Part shown: positions 1 to 11,500 of the stretch, piece after piece | How the letters are laid out: the number at the start of each line of letters is the position of its first letter | Position numbering within the stretch: the first letter of the stretch is position 1 | Source of the DNA: Macrostomum lignano | Taxonomy: Eukaryota | DNA length: 27,247 bases | NCBI GenBank assembly: GCA_002269645.1 | Contig: NIVC01003076.1 | Span: forward strand, 1-27,247 | Direction: 5' to 3' | The notes under the pieces: model-generated | Told to the model about the DNA's origin: nothing | Seen by the model: only the letters and a program-made list of their open reading frames with translations | Databases searched by the model: none | Position numbers and translations under genes: made by a program

Positions 1-44
1 ATTTTCAACAAAAAACAAATTAGGCAGTGTCTAAGTAGCCCATA

Positions 45-295
45 GAGGTTTTTTCTAGGAAACCGATTGAGGTCATTTCTAAAAAAACCAATCGAGATCA
101 TTTCTAAGAAAACAAATAAGTTAATTTCTAAGAAACTGATAGATTTTCTAAAGAAATCGATTACAAGGATAATTCCTAAGAAAGCAATAAGACAATTTTT
201 TAGGAAACTAATCGACGTAGTTTCTAAGAAATGAATTGACGTTAATTTATTTCTAATCTTTTTTAAATCAAGGACGCTATTTCTAAGAAAATTAT
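45..295. repeat. Degenerate ~22-25-nt tandem repeat with TTTCTAAGAAA core
   Basis: Recurrent 'atttctaagaaa(a)cNNat' units, e.g. ttctaggaa 53-61 and ttctaagaa at 102-110, 126-134, 222-230 and 281-289. May continue beyond the window start. Confidence 0.65.
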
Positions 296-979
296 AGGAC
301 GTTTTTCTTTAAAAAATCCAGATTTTTCGGGGTTAGGCTGAAGAAAAAGAGGGTGATGGGTTTTCAAATGCTAGTTGCCAGGAAAATTACTAATAAGCCC
401 TGCTAAATAACCAAACTGACAAACAATGAAGAGTCAAACAAATATTTATCAGAAGCAATCAACGCAATTGCATTGCTACCCAGAATTTATATTAGCAATA
501 ATATTTTAGCACAAATGCTAACAACAATGACAAAATATTATTCACAACTCAACTAGGGCCAAATAATGAAAAAATACGTGTATTAAAGATAAGAATTTTG
601 TTCTCTGCACGCTTATCTGAAACTTTAGAAACCGGGTTACAACGAATGCATACAATTATATTACGTAAGAATTTAATTTTTTAAACAGCGTTTGGATACA
701 TAACAAAACATAGCGGAAATTGGATAAAAGAAACTTCATAAGCCTAACTGATTTCTACTAGCTATATGTTATTAAACTACTAATAGTAAATCCCAATGAA
801 AACGTAGATTAGATTAATACGCTTAAGACCCAACAGAACGGGGGTGGGGCTCGCAAAATCAACAACAAAAAATATACAGTATATAGATAGGCAAAGGGAA
901 ACAGATCAGCTATAAGGAAAACGCCTCTCAAAGCACTTGATGAATTAAAATGACATTGTTAGATTTAAACAACAATTCT

Positions 980-2186
980 CTACACTCCATGAAACCGATT
1001 CGGAGGAGCCTGCTGATTGGCCCACGGCTGCGGCGGATGCTGATGATGAAGCTGCGGCCGAGGCGGCATCCCCATTGGCGGATGCATCTGCTGCTGCTGA
1101 AACGTAGACTGCGGAGGCGGCTGCAGCAGGACGGGCGGTCCTGGCGGCGCCATCATAGACGCCGGAGGAGGCGGCAGCATGCCACCACCGGGTCGCATTG
1201 GCGGCCTAAATGTCATCTGCTGCGGATGCTGTTGATGCTGCTGATTAGGCGAAGTCATCATCTGGGGCGGCGGCGGAGGCATCTGGGACATCGGCGGCAG
1301 GTGCGGCTGCTGCCGCCACCGTACGCGGAGACGGCCTGCTGATAAGGATGATGATGATGCAAGGGATTAGCCAAGCTACCAGGAGCTGTGCTAGCAACAA
1401 CCGGCATTGGCAGGTACTGGGCCAATGATTGCTGCGGCTGAGTTGACATTGGCGGATTCATCTGCTGCTGCTGCTGCTGCTGAAGAGGCGGCGGCGGCGG
1501 CAGAGACGCGGCGGTGGCGGATTCGGCGATCAGTTTGGTACCGCCGCCGTGCCTGTGCTCAATGTGAGCAAGCAGATCTCTCTGGGACAGGTAAGTCCGT
1601 TTGCAGCCTGACCGACCGTGCGGCGCGGCAGAGTCGTGCATGCAGATGTGCAGCTGGGATGCCGGCACGATTTCGGTGTCTTCAATCGGGTCCTGGCACC
1701 GGGGACAGAGCTTGCTAGACTGGGCGCAGGTGCGACAGGCGGCGTGCTTGCATGGCAACAGGCGGCCAAACGATTGGATCGGTCGATCGCAGGCGTCGCA
1801 AAAGTGCAACACCATGGCGGTCTTCTTGCCACTTAAGAGGGCTTGGTGAGTCCAGCAGACCTCCTTTGACCGACGCCCGTCGCCCATTGGTGGCAGGCTT
1901 TGCGCTGACGGACTCTTGGAGCGGGAGCGAGACGCGGTCGCTTGCGATCCCGATCCCGGTCCGAATCGTCAGACGAGTCTGACGAGTCGCGCTGATTCTG
2001 ATGATAATAATTTTGATGCTGGTAGGGTCTGGAGTTCGAGCCGCCGCCTCCGCCGCTGCGGCCAGACGAAGTTCGGCTATTGTGCAGGCTGGCAACCTCG
2101 CGATGCGTGCTGGCACTGAGGCGGAGCGCTATGCCGCTTCCTGAATGGTGCCGGCTCGAACCGCTGTCGTGGTTGTCGTCGTTCAT
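980..2186 (-). CDS. CBLL1: E3 ubiquitin ligase Hakai (RING + C2H2 HYB domain), intronless, ~400 aa; two apparent 1-nt deletions (~1935 and ~1310)
   Basis: ORF 1258-1887 contains HFCDACDRPIQSFGRLLPCKHAAC..C..CPRC and GCKRTYLSQRDLLAHIEHRH, the diagnostic Hakai HYB signature. ATG at 2186 (MNDDNHDS...) runs to DRDRKRPR, and the homologous frame continues as SRSRSKSP. A P/Q/M-rich tail (980-1291 frame) is joined by a second shift at YGGG|QQPHLPP. Confidence 0.9.
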
Positions 2187-2306
2187 AGCGTCTGGAAAAA
2201 TAATAAGCAACAATTATAGCTCATGGCAATCGAGAGGAAACTAAGAAACTGAAGCCTTCAATAGGGGATCTGAGCATCTGAGCATCAATGCGTCTGAGAT
2301 GGTGTG

Positions 2307-2817
2307 CAATAGGGGATCTAAAATGAGTGCAGCAGTGAGGAATAGGGCTCTGAGATGAGTGCAGCAGTGAGGAATAGGGGATCTAAAATGAGTGCAGCAG
2401 TGAGCAATAGGGGATCTGAGATGAGTGCAGCAGTGAGCAATAGGGATCTGAGATGAGTGCAGCAGTGAGCAATAGGGGATCTGAGATGAGTGCAGCAGTG
2501 AGCAATAGGGGATCTGAGATGAGTGCAGCAGTGAGCAATAGGGGATCTGAGATGAGTGCAGCAGTGAGCAATAGGGGATCTGAGATGAGTGCAGCAGTGA
2601 GCAATAGGGGATCTGAGATGAGTGCAGCAGTGAGCAATAGGGGATCTGAGATGAGTGCAGCAGTGAGCAATAGGGGATCTGAGATGAGTGCAGCAGTGAG
2701 CAATAGGGGATCTGAGATGAGTGCAGCAGTGAGCAATAGGGGATCTGAGATGAGTGCAGCAGTGAGCAATAGGGGATCTGAGATGAGTGCAGCAGTGAGC
2801 AATAGGGGATCTGAGAT
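2307..2817. repeat. 33-nt minisatellite, ~15 copies (CTGAGATGAGTGCAGCAGTGAGCAATAGGGGAT)
   Basis: Near-perfect tandem copies read directly, with more divergent copies at the left edge. It explains the periodic 11-aa ORFs at 2318-2914, 2383-2859 and 2453-2833. Confidence 0.97.
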
Positions 2818-3402
2818 AAGTGCGTACAAGTAAGACAAAAGAAATAAATGAACTCCCAAGCATTTGAAGGTATAGTTTGATCGGCAGCATCACCGTATAT
2901 ATTTTAATGGCCAAGGTGTATGATTCATTTTCTTTTAAATTAAAACAAACCGAGAATTAAAACAATGGTAACCTGTTGTCCGCAAACGAAATTGGGCATT
3001 TCATTGACCAAGCAAGCACAGCGGTATGGTATAAATAGTTTTAAAGAAAAATGTTGCTCTCTCTTAGCTCTTGAATCTACTACAGCAATTAAGGCAATGG
3101 AAGCCTACATCTCGAATATAATATATAAAAAGAAACGATTTGTTTGTAACTTAAAAAAACCACAAGAGCAAAGGTGGACTCAACTAAAAAGGAAATTAAA
3201 AACAAATTTTGAATATCAAATCATTAAGTATACGAGCAGGCTAGTTCTTTATTAACTAAATAAAAAAATTACAATCAATATATCCAGACAATGGATATTT
3301 TTGAATAAGGCAACGAAGGAAATACAGCAAATTAGGCATTCAAATACAATAGTGCACTATGGTGAGATGCCGAAGGAGGCAGATAAAGGCAAAGAGAACT
3401 TT

Positions 3403-3796
3403 GGGAATTCCATTGCGCACGTAGACTAGAGAGGGAGAATCCCATTCAGTACACATAGACTATACTGGGGGAATCCCATTGCTTACACATGGACTATACT
3501 GGGGGAATCCCATTGCGTACACATAGACTATACTGGGGGAATCCCATTGCGCACACGTAGACGATATTGGGGGAATCCCATTGCTTACACATGGACTATA
3601 CTGGGGGAATCCCATTGCGTACACATAGACTATACTGGGGAATCCCAATGCGCACACAGACTATACTGGGGGAATCCCATTGCGTACACATAGACTATAC
3701 TGGGGAATCCCATTGCGTACACAGACTATACTGGGGGAATCCCATTGCGTACACAGACTATACTGGGGAACACCATTGCGCAGACTATACTGAGGG
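3403..3796. repeat. ~31-34-nt minisatellite, ~12 copies (GGGGGAATCCCATTGCGTACACATAGACTATACT)
   Basis: Period of 34 nt measured between 3481 and 3515, with shorter variants towards the right. Confidence 0.95.
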
Positions 3797-4386
3797 AAAT
3801 AACAAAACAGCCTGGCAAGTATTCCAAGGGTGAAAACCAAGGGTGATTGGCCGTTTACACTTTGGTCAAATCACTCGCAGATGCGAATGTTTAAATACAA
3901 AAGGTACACAGGCTCTCTTCGTGTGGCTGCAAAATATATTCAACATTTGAAAAAGAAATTTAAATTTTGCACGCATGCACCAATACGAGCTAGTTCCTGG
4001 TCGAAACAATTGAATCTGAAGAATCCGTGTTTATTTGCATCAATGCACTAATACAGTAAAGCCGTTTCCAGTCAGTTAGAAAATTTTCTCTTCAATCTGT
4101 TAAATTAAACTGTGTCGGCTGGCAAACAGAATAGCACAATGCATCCAAGGCAATAAATAGTGGAAGAGGATACTGACAAGCATCACGGACCAGCGGCTAT
4201 GAAATCTGGAAATTTCTAAATGAGCAAAATATAATTCAAGACACACATTTTGGCTGCAGACTCCTGTATTGACTTGCGAAAGATAGGCAATACAGAAGTA
4301 TGATATTTAAATCATTTTAAGTCATTTTATCATGGTATCATCTCTCGATAGATACTACTGATTTAAGTACGCAGTTCACACTTCAG

Positions 4387-7300
4387 CTACATATTAGGCG
4401 CCCATTTGATGCTCCATTGTTGGAATTTGCCCTCAGCTATGCAGCTGTGCAATCTCGGATTCTGCAAACTGGCCCCATCAATGGGCTTAGTGTCCAAGCA
4501 CAGGGCTGGGGACGCCTTTAATCTGATAAGCGTATTGGGCGGATTAAACTGGAACTGCTGCATAGCGTTGTTAATCTCGCAGCGCGAGAACAGCACCCGA
4601 GCATCCGGTGTAGCCGACATCGCTTGTAAGCACAAATCTGACGATGTGATCTGACCAGAGTCGGAGAACAGCCACTCCTGATTGCCGCCAGAGCCGTGGC
4701 ATGGATACATAGCTGGCGCCGAGCCAACAGAGGCTGTCAGCCTATCCAAACACTTCTCACCCTGCCGCAATTCGCCTCTTTTAGTCAAAGGCGCGCTGGG
4801 CGGCTTTAAATCCGGATAGACATTCTCCAAATACCATTTGAATGACCGGCAGTTCAGACGGCGACGCAGCTCAAGGCGTTCGGACACGTCGCCTGGTTGA
4901 ATGTAGCGAGCGCCGCCTGATGCCTGACGAGCGGGGAATAGTATGATACTAGCTGTGATACTTGCTTTGATAGTCGTTGTGATGCTATGAGCAATCTCCA
5001 CTACCTTGCTAAGCATCCGTAAGATAAAAAGTACTTTCAAACACAGAACAAAGGCGAATGTAGAACATTAAAATAAGATGCTGCATTTCATTGTCAGTAA
5101 CGATTTACTTGCTAAATATTGGTAGCCAGTGACAATTTGACTGTCAGCGGGCAAGAGGAAAGGTTTCCAAAACGTGATCAATATCTTAAAACTCACCTGG
5201 AAATAGAACTGTTTATATTCGTCCAGCCAGACCTCGGCAGCTCGGCGGGTATTGCGAGTGAACACTACCCCGGATCCGCCTGGAAACGAGTAGGGATGCT
5301 GCCTCCGGAACACGTGGCCAACCCGGCTACAGGGCAGAATCTCCAGCACGCAGTGGCACTGCCACACTCTCAGAGAGAATTCCAGATTCTCGGCGCCCCA
5401 AACGTCCATTTTAGTATCGTATTGGCCTAATTCGTTGAACAATTGTCTCTCGATGCTAAACAGGCCGCCAGCAATCATTGGCGTTCGAATCGGTGCGGTT
5501 GGATCGCGCGTTCTGGCCGCGAGTTCGCGCGAATTCAAATTGTCCCATTTGAATACGAGATTCCAGGCGAATCCGCCTTTTAAATTGGCCGAAGCGCCAA
5601 TATAGTCGAAATTGTCCATTCCGATGACGTCAATGATTGGCGAGACTACGGCTTTCCTATCCGATTTGATACGACTCAGCAGCGGCTGAAGCCAGTCTTT
5701 GTTGCACTCGCAGTGGCTGTCTAGAAAGGTCAACACGTGACCAGTGGCGGCGTTGGCTCCGCGAATTCTCGACCGCATTAGGCCTTCACGACGATTGTTG
5801 CGGATTAGGCGAACCTGCCGGGTTTAGTGAAGGTGCAAGAATATTATTGCAAAATCGGTTTATATAAAACTGATAGTTGGCCCAATAGTGGGTTCAGAAT
5901 ATAGTTGTCTCAGGTTAATTATCTCGCAAATTTATAAACTTATTAAAAGATCTCGACTCTCACATTGAAGTTCCTGGGTTGTCAGATGGGCTTCCGGTGT
6001 GCCTAGCAAAATTGCATAACATGTAGCTAACACATGTTACATTGGTAATACTAATTAGATGACGAAGAATTTACGTATCTTAAAACTAGGATAGTTACTC
6101 TTGCCGTTTATCCACGCTACAATATGGTGATAAACCCAATATGGTGATGGACCCAATATGGTAATGAATTCAATATAGTGATGGATCCAGTATGATGATG
6201 GATCTAATATGGTGATGGATACAATTGGGTGATGGATCCAGCATGGTGATGGATCCAATATAGTGGTGGATCCAGTATGATGATAGATCTAATATGGTGA
6301 TGGATACAATAGGGTGATGAATTCAGTATGGTGATGAATCCAGTATGATAATCGATCCAGTATGATGATGGATCTAATATAGTGATGGATACAATTGGGT
6401 GATGAATTCAGTATGGTGATGGATCCAATAGTGGTGGATCCAGTATGATGATGGATCTAATATGGTGATGGATACAATTGGGTGATGAATTCAGTATGGT
6501 GATGGATCCAATAGTGGTGGATCCAGTATGATGATGGATCTAATATGGTGATGGATACAATTGGGTGATGGATCCAGCATGGTGATGGATCCAATATAGT
6601 GGTGGATCCAGTATGATGATGGATCTAATATAGTGATGGATACAATAGGGTGATGAATTCAGTATGGTGATGAATCCAGTATGATGATGGATCTAATATG
6701 GTGATGGATACAATTGGGTGATGAATTCAGTATGGTATCAAGCCATGCTTACCTTGGCTATTTGAGTCAGCAGTTTACCAGTGTCCTCGTCCGTACTAAA
6801 ATCGTCAACAAGAATAATCTCGCGAACCAGATGGTAGGGCGACATCCGGAACACGCTGAGCACAGTGCGCACCAAGGTAGACCTGGCTTCGTTATGAAAC
6901 GTTATAACAACGCTAGTATCGGGCAAATCTGTCGAATCGTATTGAATCGAACGGCACTGCGATTCCCTAGTATCCGGCACATCTCGAATAGCTGAAACAC
7001 TGTCGCTAACCTGCTGGTTGAATTTGTTCTTGGCGTATTTGTCCTCGCCAGCGTGCCAGGCACCGCCGGCCACGTAGGCCTTCCAATCGAAGTTGGTCCA
7101 CATTACCTTGGCAACGGGTTGGGATCACTTAGCAACCGGTCTAATAAATGGCTGTAGTAGCCTGTATTTTAGGTTTTTGTTTTTTTGGCAAAACACTTGA
7201 AATTGACCAATAAAATCTGTCGCTATATGATTTTCTGAAGCCACACAACAAATAATAGTAATACTGAAATCGTCCATCTAAACCACAGATAGTAGAAAAA

Positions 7301-8062
7301 CTAGATACAGTAGGCCACTCAGCACATTTGCATGTAAGCTACTTTCAGTTCAGTACATGTAGTAAGTTGAACAGAAACATTTTAATGCATTTTTAAAACC
7401 AAGGCTCACTAATTGTCTCTTAACCCCCCAGCTTAAACCCTCCAACCGCGCCTTTCCACACTACTCCCTACCCCTCCCCAATTTTATTGCCTTTCTCTGA
7501 ATTCCAGTCTGAAGCTGCCATGTACATTTCAGTGGACTGGCCAATGTACATTATGGCTGAACCAATTAGCAAGCTGTTTACGCCTGCAAGCTTGAACTTC
7601 TAAACTTATCAAAGTCATTTCAGCTGCCTTTATTTCTATAAAATTGCTTATGTACTCTTCTTTGCTACTGAACTGAAAGTAGAAAGCTGTTTTACTAAGT
7701 ATATGTATATGTGCCCTTAGTGTCTTTAGTATCTGTGATCTAAACCGATCAAGACTCTGAAATACAAGCAACACCAATCTCACCTGTTGCTCCTGACTAG
7801 CACTACTAGCCTGGCTGTCAGCTGCCTGTTGCCCAGTGATAACAATGTCAATATTTTTTGCCCGATCTTTTTTGTCAATCGATTCAGCTTTTGCTCGTCG
7901 AATGCTGGCGGGACCGAATCCGCCGCCGCCACCATTGTCACTATTGTCAGCAAAAGAGTTACTGGAATCGGCTGAGTTTAAATAATAAAAGTACATAGCC
8001 GAGGCAAATATCCAAACCAGAAAGAAGCCCAGCATCCATCGGCGACACGAACGGCGAAACAT
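4387..8062 (-). CDS. GALNT2: Polypeptide N-acetylgalactosaminyltransferase 2-like (type II membrane, GT27 catalytic + ricin-B lectin), at least 4 exons, ~595 aa
   Basis: Exons 7784-8062 (TM anchor [19 protein letters not shown]), 6753-7106 ([29 protein letters not shown]), 5197-5814 ([45 protein letters not shown]) and 4387-4923 ([12 protein letters not shown], ricin-type C-terminus). These junctions have GT/AG and phase 0. The exon 1/exon 2 junction is uncertain (see findings). Confidence 0.92.
6121..6735. repeat. Hierarchical minisatellite in a GALNT2 intron: ~16-18-nt subunits (TGGTGATGGATCCAATA-like) in ~83-85-nt higher-order units
   Basis: ggatccagtatga recurs at 6183 and 6268 (85 nt apart), and ggatccaatagtgg at 6421 and 6504 (83 nt apart). 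It lies wholly within intron 5815-6752. Confidence 0.9.
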
Positions 8063-8419
8063 GATTGCTTCTGCCTGTTCCTCACCAGCTTAGGGTGGCT
8101 TAGCTGACAGACTTCAGCTGATTGACAGTTTATGGTATTATAATTATCTGTGCTAGAGTTTTATTTGGTACATTGAGCTGAAGTAAGCGTTTTTTAATGC
8201 ATGTAAAACATAAAGCTAAATACACAAAGCATGAGAAAAAATGCACATACAAATTTACACTGCTTATTTACAAGAGCAAATGAAGTTCCTGCATACAAAT
8301 GACTTTTTGCAAAGTTGGCATACACATTCATACCATGTTTGGTATACAAATTGTGGTAGACAAAAAGTATATGTAATTTTGAAGTGCATATTAATTTTAT
8401 ATAAATAAAATGTATTTAT

Positions 8420-8545
8420 GGATGCTTGCTATCTAGGTTGCTTTCTATCTGGGAAAGCTTACTATTAGGGAGATACTTGCTATCTGCAGGATGCTTATTG
8501 TCTTAGGGATGTTTTCCATTTAGAGGGAATGCCTGCTATCTTTGT
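8420..8545. repeat. Short degenerate ~20-nt repeat (GATGCTTGCTATCT-like)
   Basis: gatgcttgctatct, ttgctttctatct, gatacttgctatct, gatgcttattgtct and aatgcctgctatct occur in tandem. Confidence 0.5.
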
Positions 8546-11500
8546 GAAGGCTTTATTTTACTGTTTTTTTGCTACTTTTAGTAAAAAAGATTCATAGCAA
8601 AAAATTTTGTTGTGACATCTATATACTATTTTACTCAAAAAGGCAATTTATAAAACTGAAAAAAGAATTAGTTTTTTCTCTAAAGAAAAAGCCATAGGCC
8701 TATACCTATTAGAAGTTGGACAAGATAAGATCTTGATCTCATGATTGATATTTAAGATTTACTTTTTTCTAATCAAATCTCAATCAAATCTTGATTTTAA
8801 AAAGTGCCAACAATCTGAGATATAAAAAATAAGCTAAAATAAAGAGCTTTAGGTTGAATACCAAAATTATGAATACAATATAGATTACTTAGATATTAAT
8901 ACAAGTATATTGAATCTAAAATTCAAATTAGTGCCAAAATTGAACTCATTTTAATTTTTAGTGTTACTTATGTTAGGGATTCAGCCAAGAGTTTAGATAA
9001 ATAATTATGCTATCAAAATCATATTTTTTTACAAATTAGAGGCTATGTTTTTAATGGAAGTATACAAATTTCATTTTTTAAATATATCAAATAATTAAAA
9101 AATAGAACTGTTATTTTTTGTTTTGGCTTTCTTCTCTTTAAATTAAGTATTTCAATTTTCAAGGTCTCAATTGAATCTTATATTGGATTGTCAAATAATA
9201 ATAAAACTAGTGATGGATACAAATATTTTGATTTGGAATCCAAATCTGAAAAAGTCTCACTTCTTAGAAATCCAAATGTTTTGGATTTGGAAATTTTATT
9301 TTTAAATTTCCAAATATGCTTCCAAATATGAAAAAAATCAAAACAACTAAACAAAATTATGCAAACATAAAAGAAATAGAACTTTTAAAACAAGAAAGTA
9401 AATTTTAAAAATGAGAATGCAAAATTTAATGTCATATTGCTTGTTTCTTTACAATTTATCTATTTTTGCAGTAATGTAGAGGCCTATATTTTAAAAAATT
9501 GTTATTAAGTAAAGTTATTTAACTTGGGACCTTTGAAGCATTTAGCCTAAAGTTGAAAAAACAGTTTTAATTAACCATTGTTTAAGTGTAACCATTACTA
9601 TTTTTTTTTCAAAATGTAAATGCAATGGACTTTACATGCATTATACATAGTAAAGTCATCAAATTGCAAAAACATAATATCAGTTAGCATTAGTGATTGG
9701 AATTAGTTAGATTAGATATATAAGAATTAAGTTCAATTCTAAGTTCAATTCAATTTAGATACTAAATAAATTTAATATAAGCCCAAGATAGATTGAATCT
9801 TATCAGTAAATTAAAATGTAGCACTAATACAATTACTAATTAGGTGATGAGGCATTTTTGTCACTGAAAGATGGCATAGTTACTCTCACCATTTACCTTT
9901 CACTTTTTGTCTACATTTGGAAGCACATTCGGATATTTGGATTCTGATTCTAATTTTTTTGTACATTTGGATTAAGTTTTAGAAACTTGCAAAAATCTAT
10001 ATTTAGTCCATCATTAATTAAAATCTTTTCAAAAATTCAATATTGTCTAGCTTCTATTATATACAAATATTTAGTCTATTGGTTGATACTAATAGGCCTA
10101 CTAGTTGATTTTTTGTTTATTATGTAGGGATTACTTCTGTCCTTATAAATAATCTTACAATGCCACCAGCTATTACAGGGGTTATTTCTTTTAGGCACTG
10201 TCTATGCTATTCTTATACTCTTCTAAAGATATTATTCTCTCAGTCCTAGGCATTCCTAAGATCAGAGGGTCATAGCTTACTTGCTATGTATTCCGCCCTA
10301 AGGTGGGTTTTTCAGACTGAGTCTAGACTTCTTTACCCTATGGTAGGATTCTTGCTTTCTAAAGGCAATTTCTTGGATACTAGATCTGGATTTCTCATTT
10401 TTCTGAAAATGGTTTGAACTCTCCCAATTTTGGGGCTTTTTAGGCCCCTAGTGCTTCTACCTAAATAACTAAGTCAGTAAGTATTGAACAAGGCTTCAAT
10501 TTTGAGATATTAGAATAATTTCAAGCTTGAAGCAAGTAGCAGACAAGTTGGTTTCTTCTTTCTTTTCAAATACAATAGGCCTACTTTCTAAGAAAACGAG
10601 CAATGCTAAATAAGGCCCATTTCAATTAGGCCTATATTAGTTTTCCTAAAAAACAAGTTAGACATTTTTAAAAACTAAGCTTCAGAAAGGAGGTGCAATT
10701 CCTTACTTGGCCTAGCCCTGTAGCTGTATAGAATTGAATTTGATTGCAATTTAGTAAATAAAAAATTATCAAAAATAAATGGGCTTATTATTTATATATA
10801 GACCCTAGTAGGTTATTAATATAAGTATATAAAAAGTTCAATTTTGTTAGATAAATAGGGGCCTAATTAAGTATGAATTCAATGATTGAGAACCACAACA
10901 TCCAGTATTGCAACTGAGATGCAACACATAACATCCATTAATAGGAACAAAACTCTAGTTCTAGACTTTCTAAGCTTGCATCTCAGTTACATACGCCTAT
11001 AAAACTTGTGCCTAAGATTTATGCCTAAGCCTATGAAGACTTAGACTAGGGCCTAGGTCTAGGTCTAGGAGCTTAATAAATAAAGTATATTATTCAAAAT
11101 TTAAATTAAATTTCCTGTCAAGCAATATAGCAATTTGCTTGGGCAATTTGTTTAGGCCTACCTAAATGCTGTAAACATAAAAATCGCAACCTTCCGAATG
11201 GCAACACTTCTAATGATAATTTTCTGCGCGATTTTATTTATTTAGTTAGACCTATTCAAAAAACATTGGTCAACTCAACTGCTTCGCCAGTTCGCTTTAA
11301 AAGTGAGTCTATTACTACAAACGTGAGTGAAAGGGGGAGTTTATTTTTTGAAATATAACTAATACAATACATAAGGGTTCCGGTTCATCACTGTTCTGTA
11401 TCAGTATTAGCCAATTTCTAAGCCTCGTTTCGTGTAAATCTGTGGCAGGCGGATGCCACTATTGATTTGAAGTTCGAAACGGTGACAAATTTTGCCTGTC

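Noticed and set aside
950-2119. Multiple overlapping R/A/L-rich ORFs on both strands over Hakai
   Set aside because: By-products of GC-rich, trinucleotide-repeat coding sequence.
2318-2914. Periodic ORFs (LRSPIAHCCTH)n, (ISDPLLLTAAL)n and (MSAAVSNRGSE)n
   Set aside because: Translations of a 33-nt stop-free minisatellite, open in several frames on both strands, which is expected by chance for a unit divisible by 3.
2965-3255. 96-aa K-rich ORF and similar short AT-rich ORFs (3830-4051, 13882-14073, 20148-20333, 24813-25094)
   Set aside because: Non-ATG starts, composition unlike the GC-rich true exons, and no recognisable motifs.
2307-3796. Possible CRISPR arrays
   Set aside because: Units are contiguous with no unique spacers, there are no cas genes, and the context is eukaryotic.
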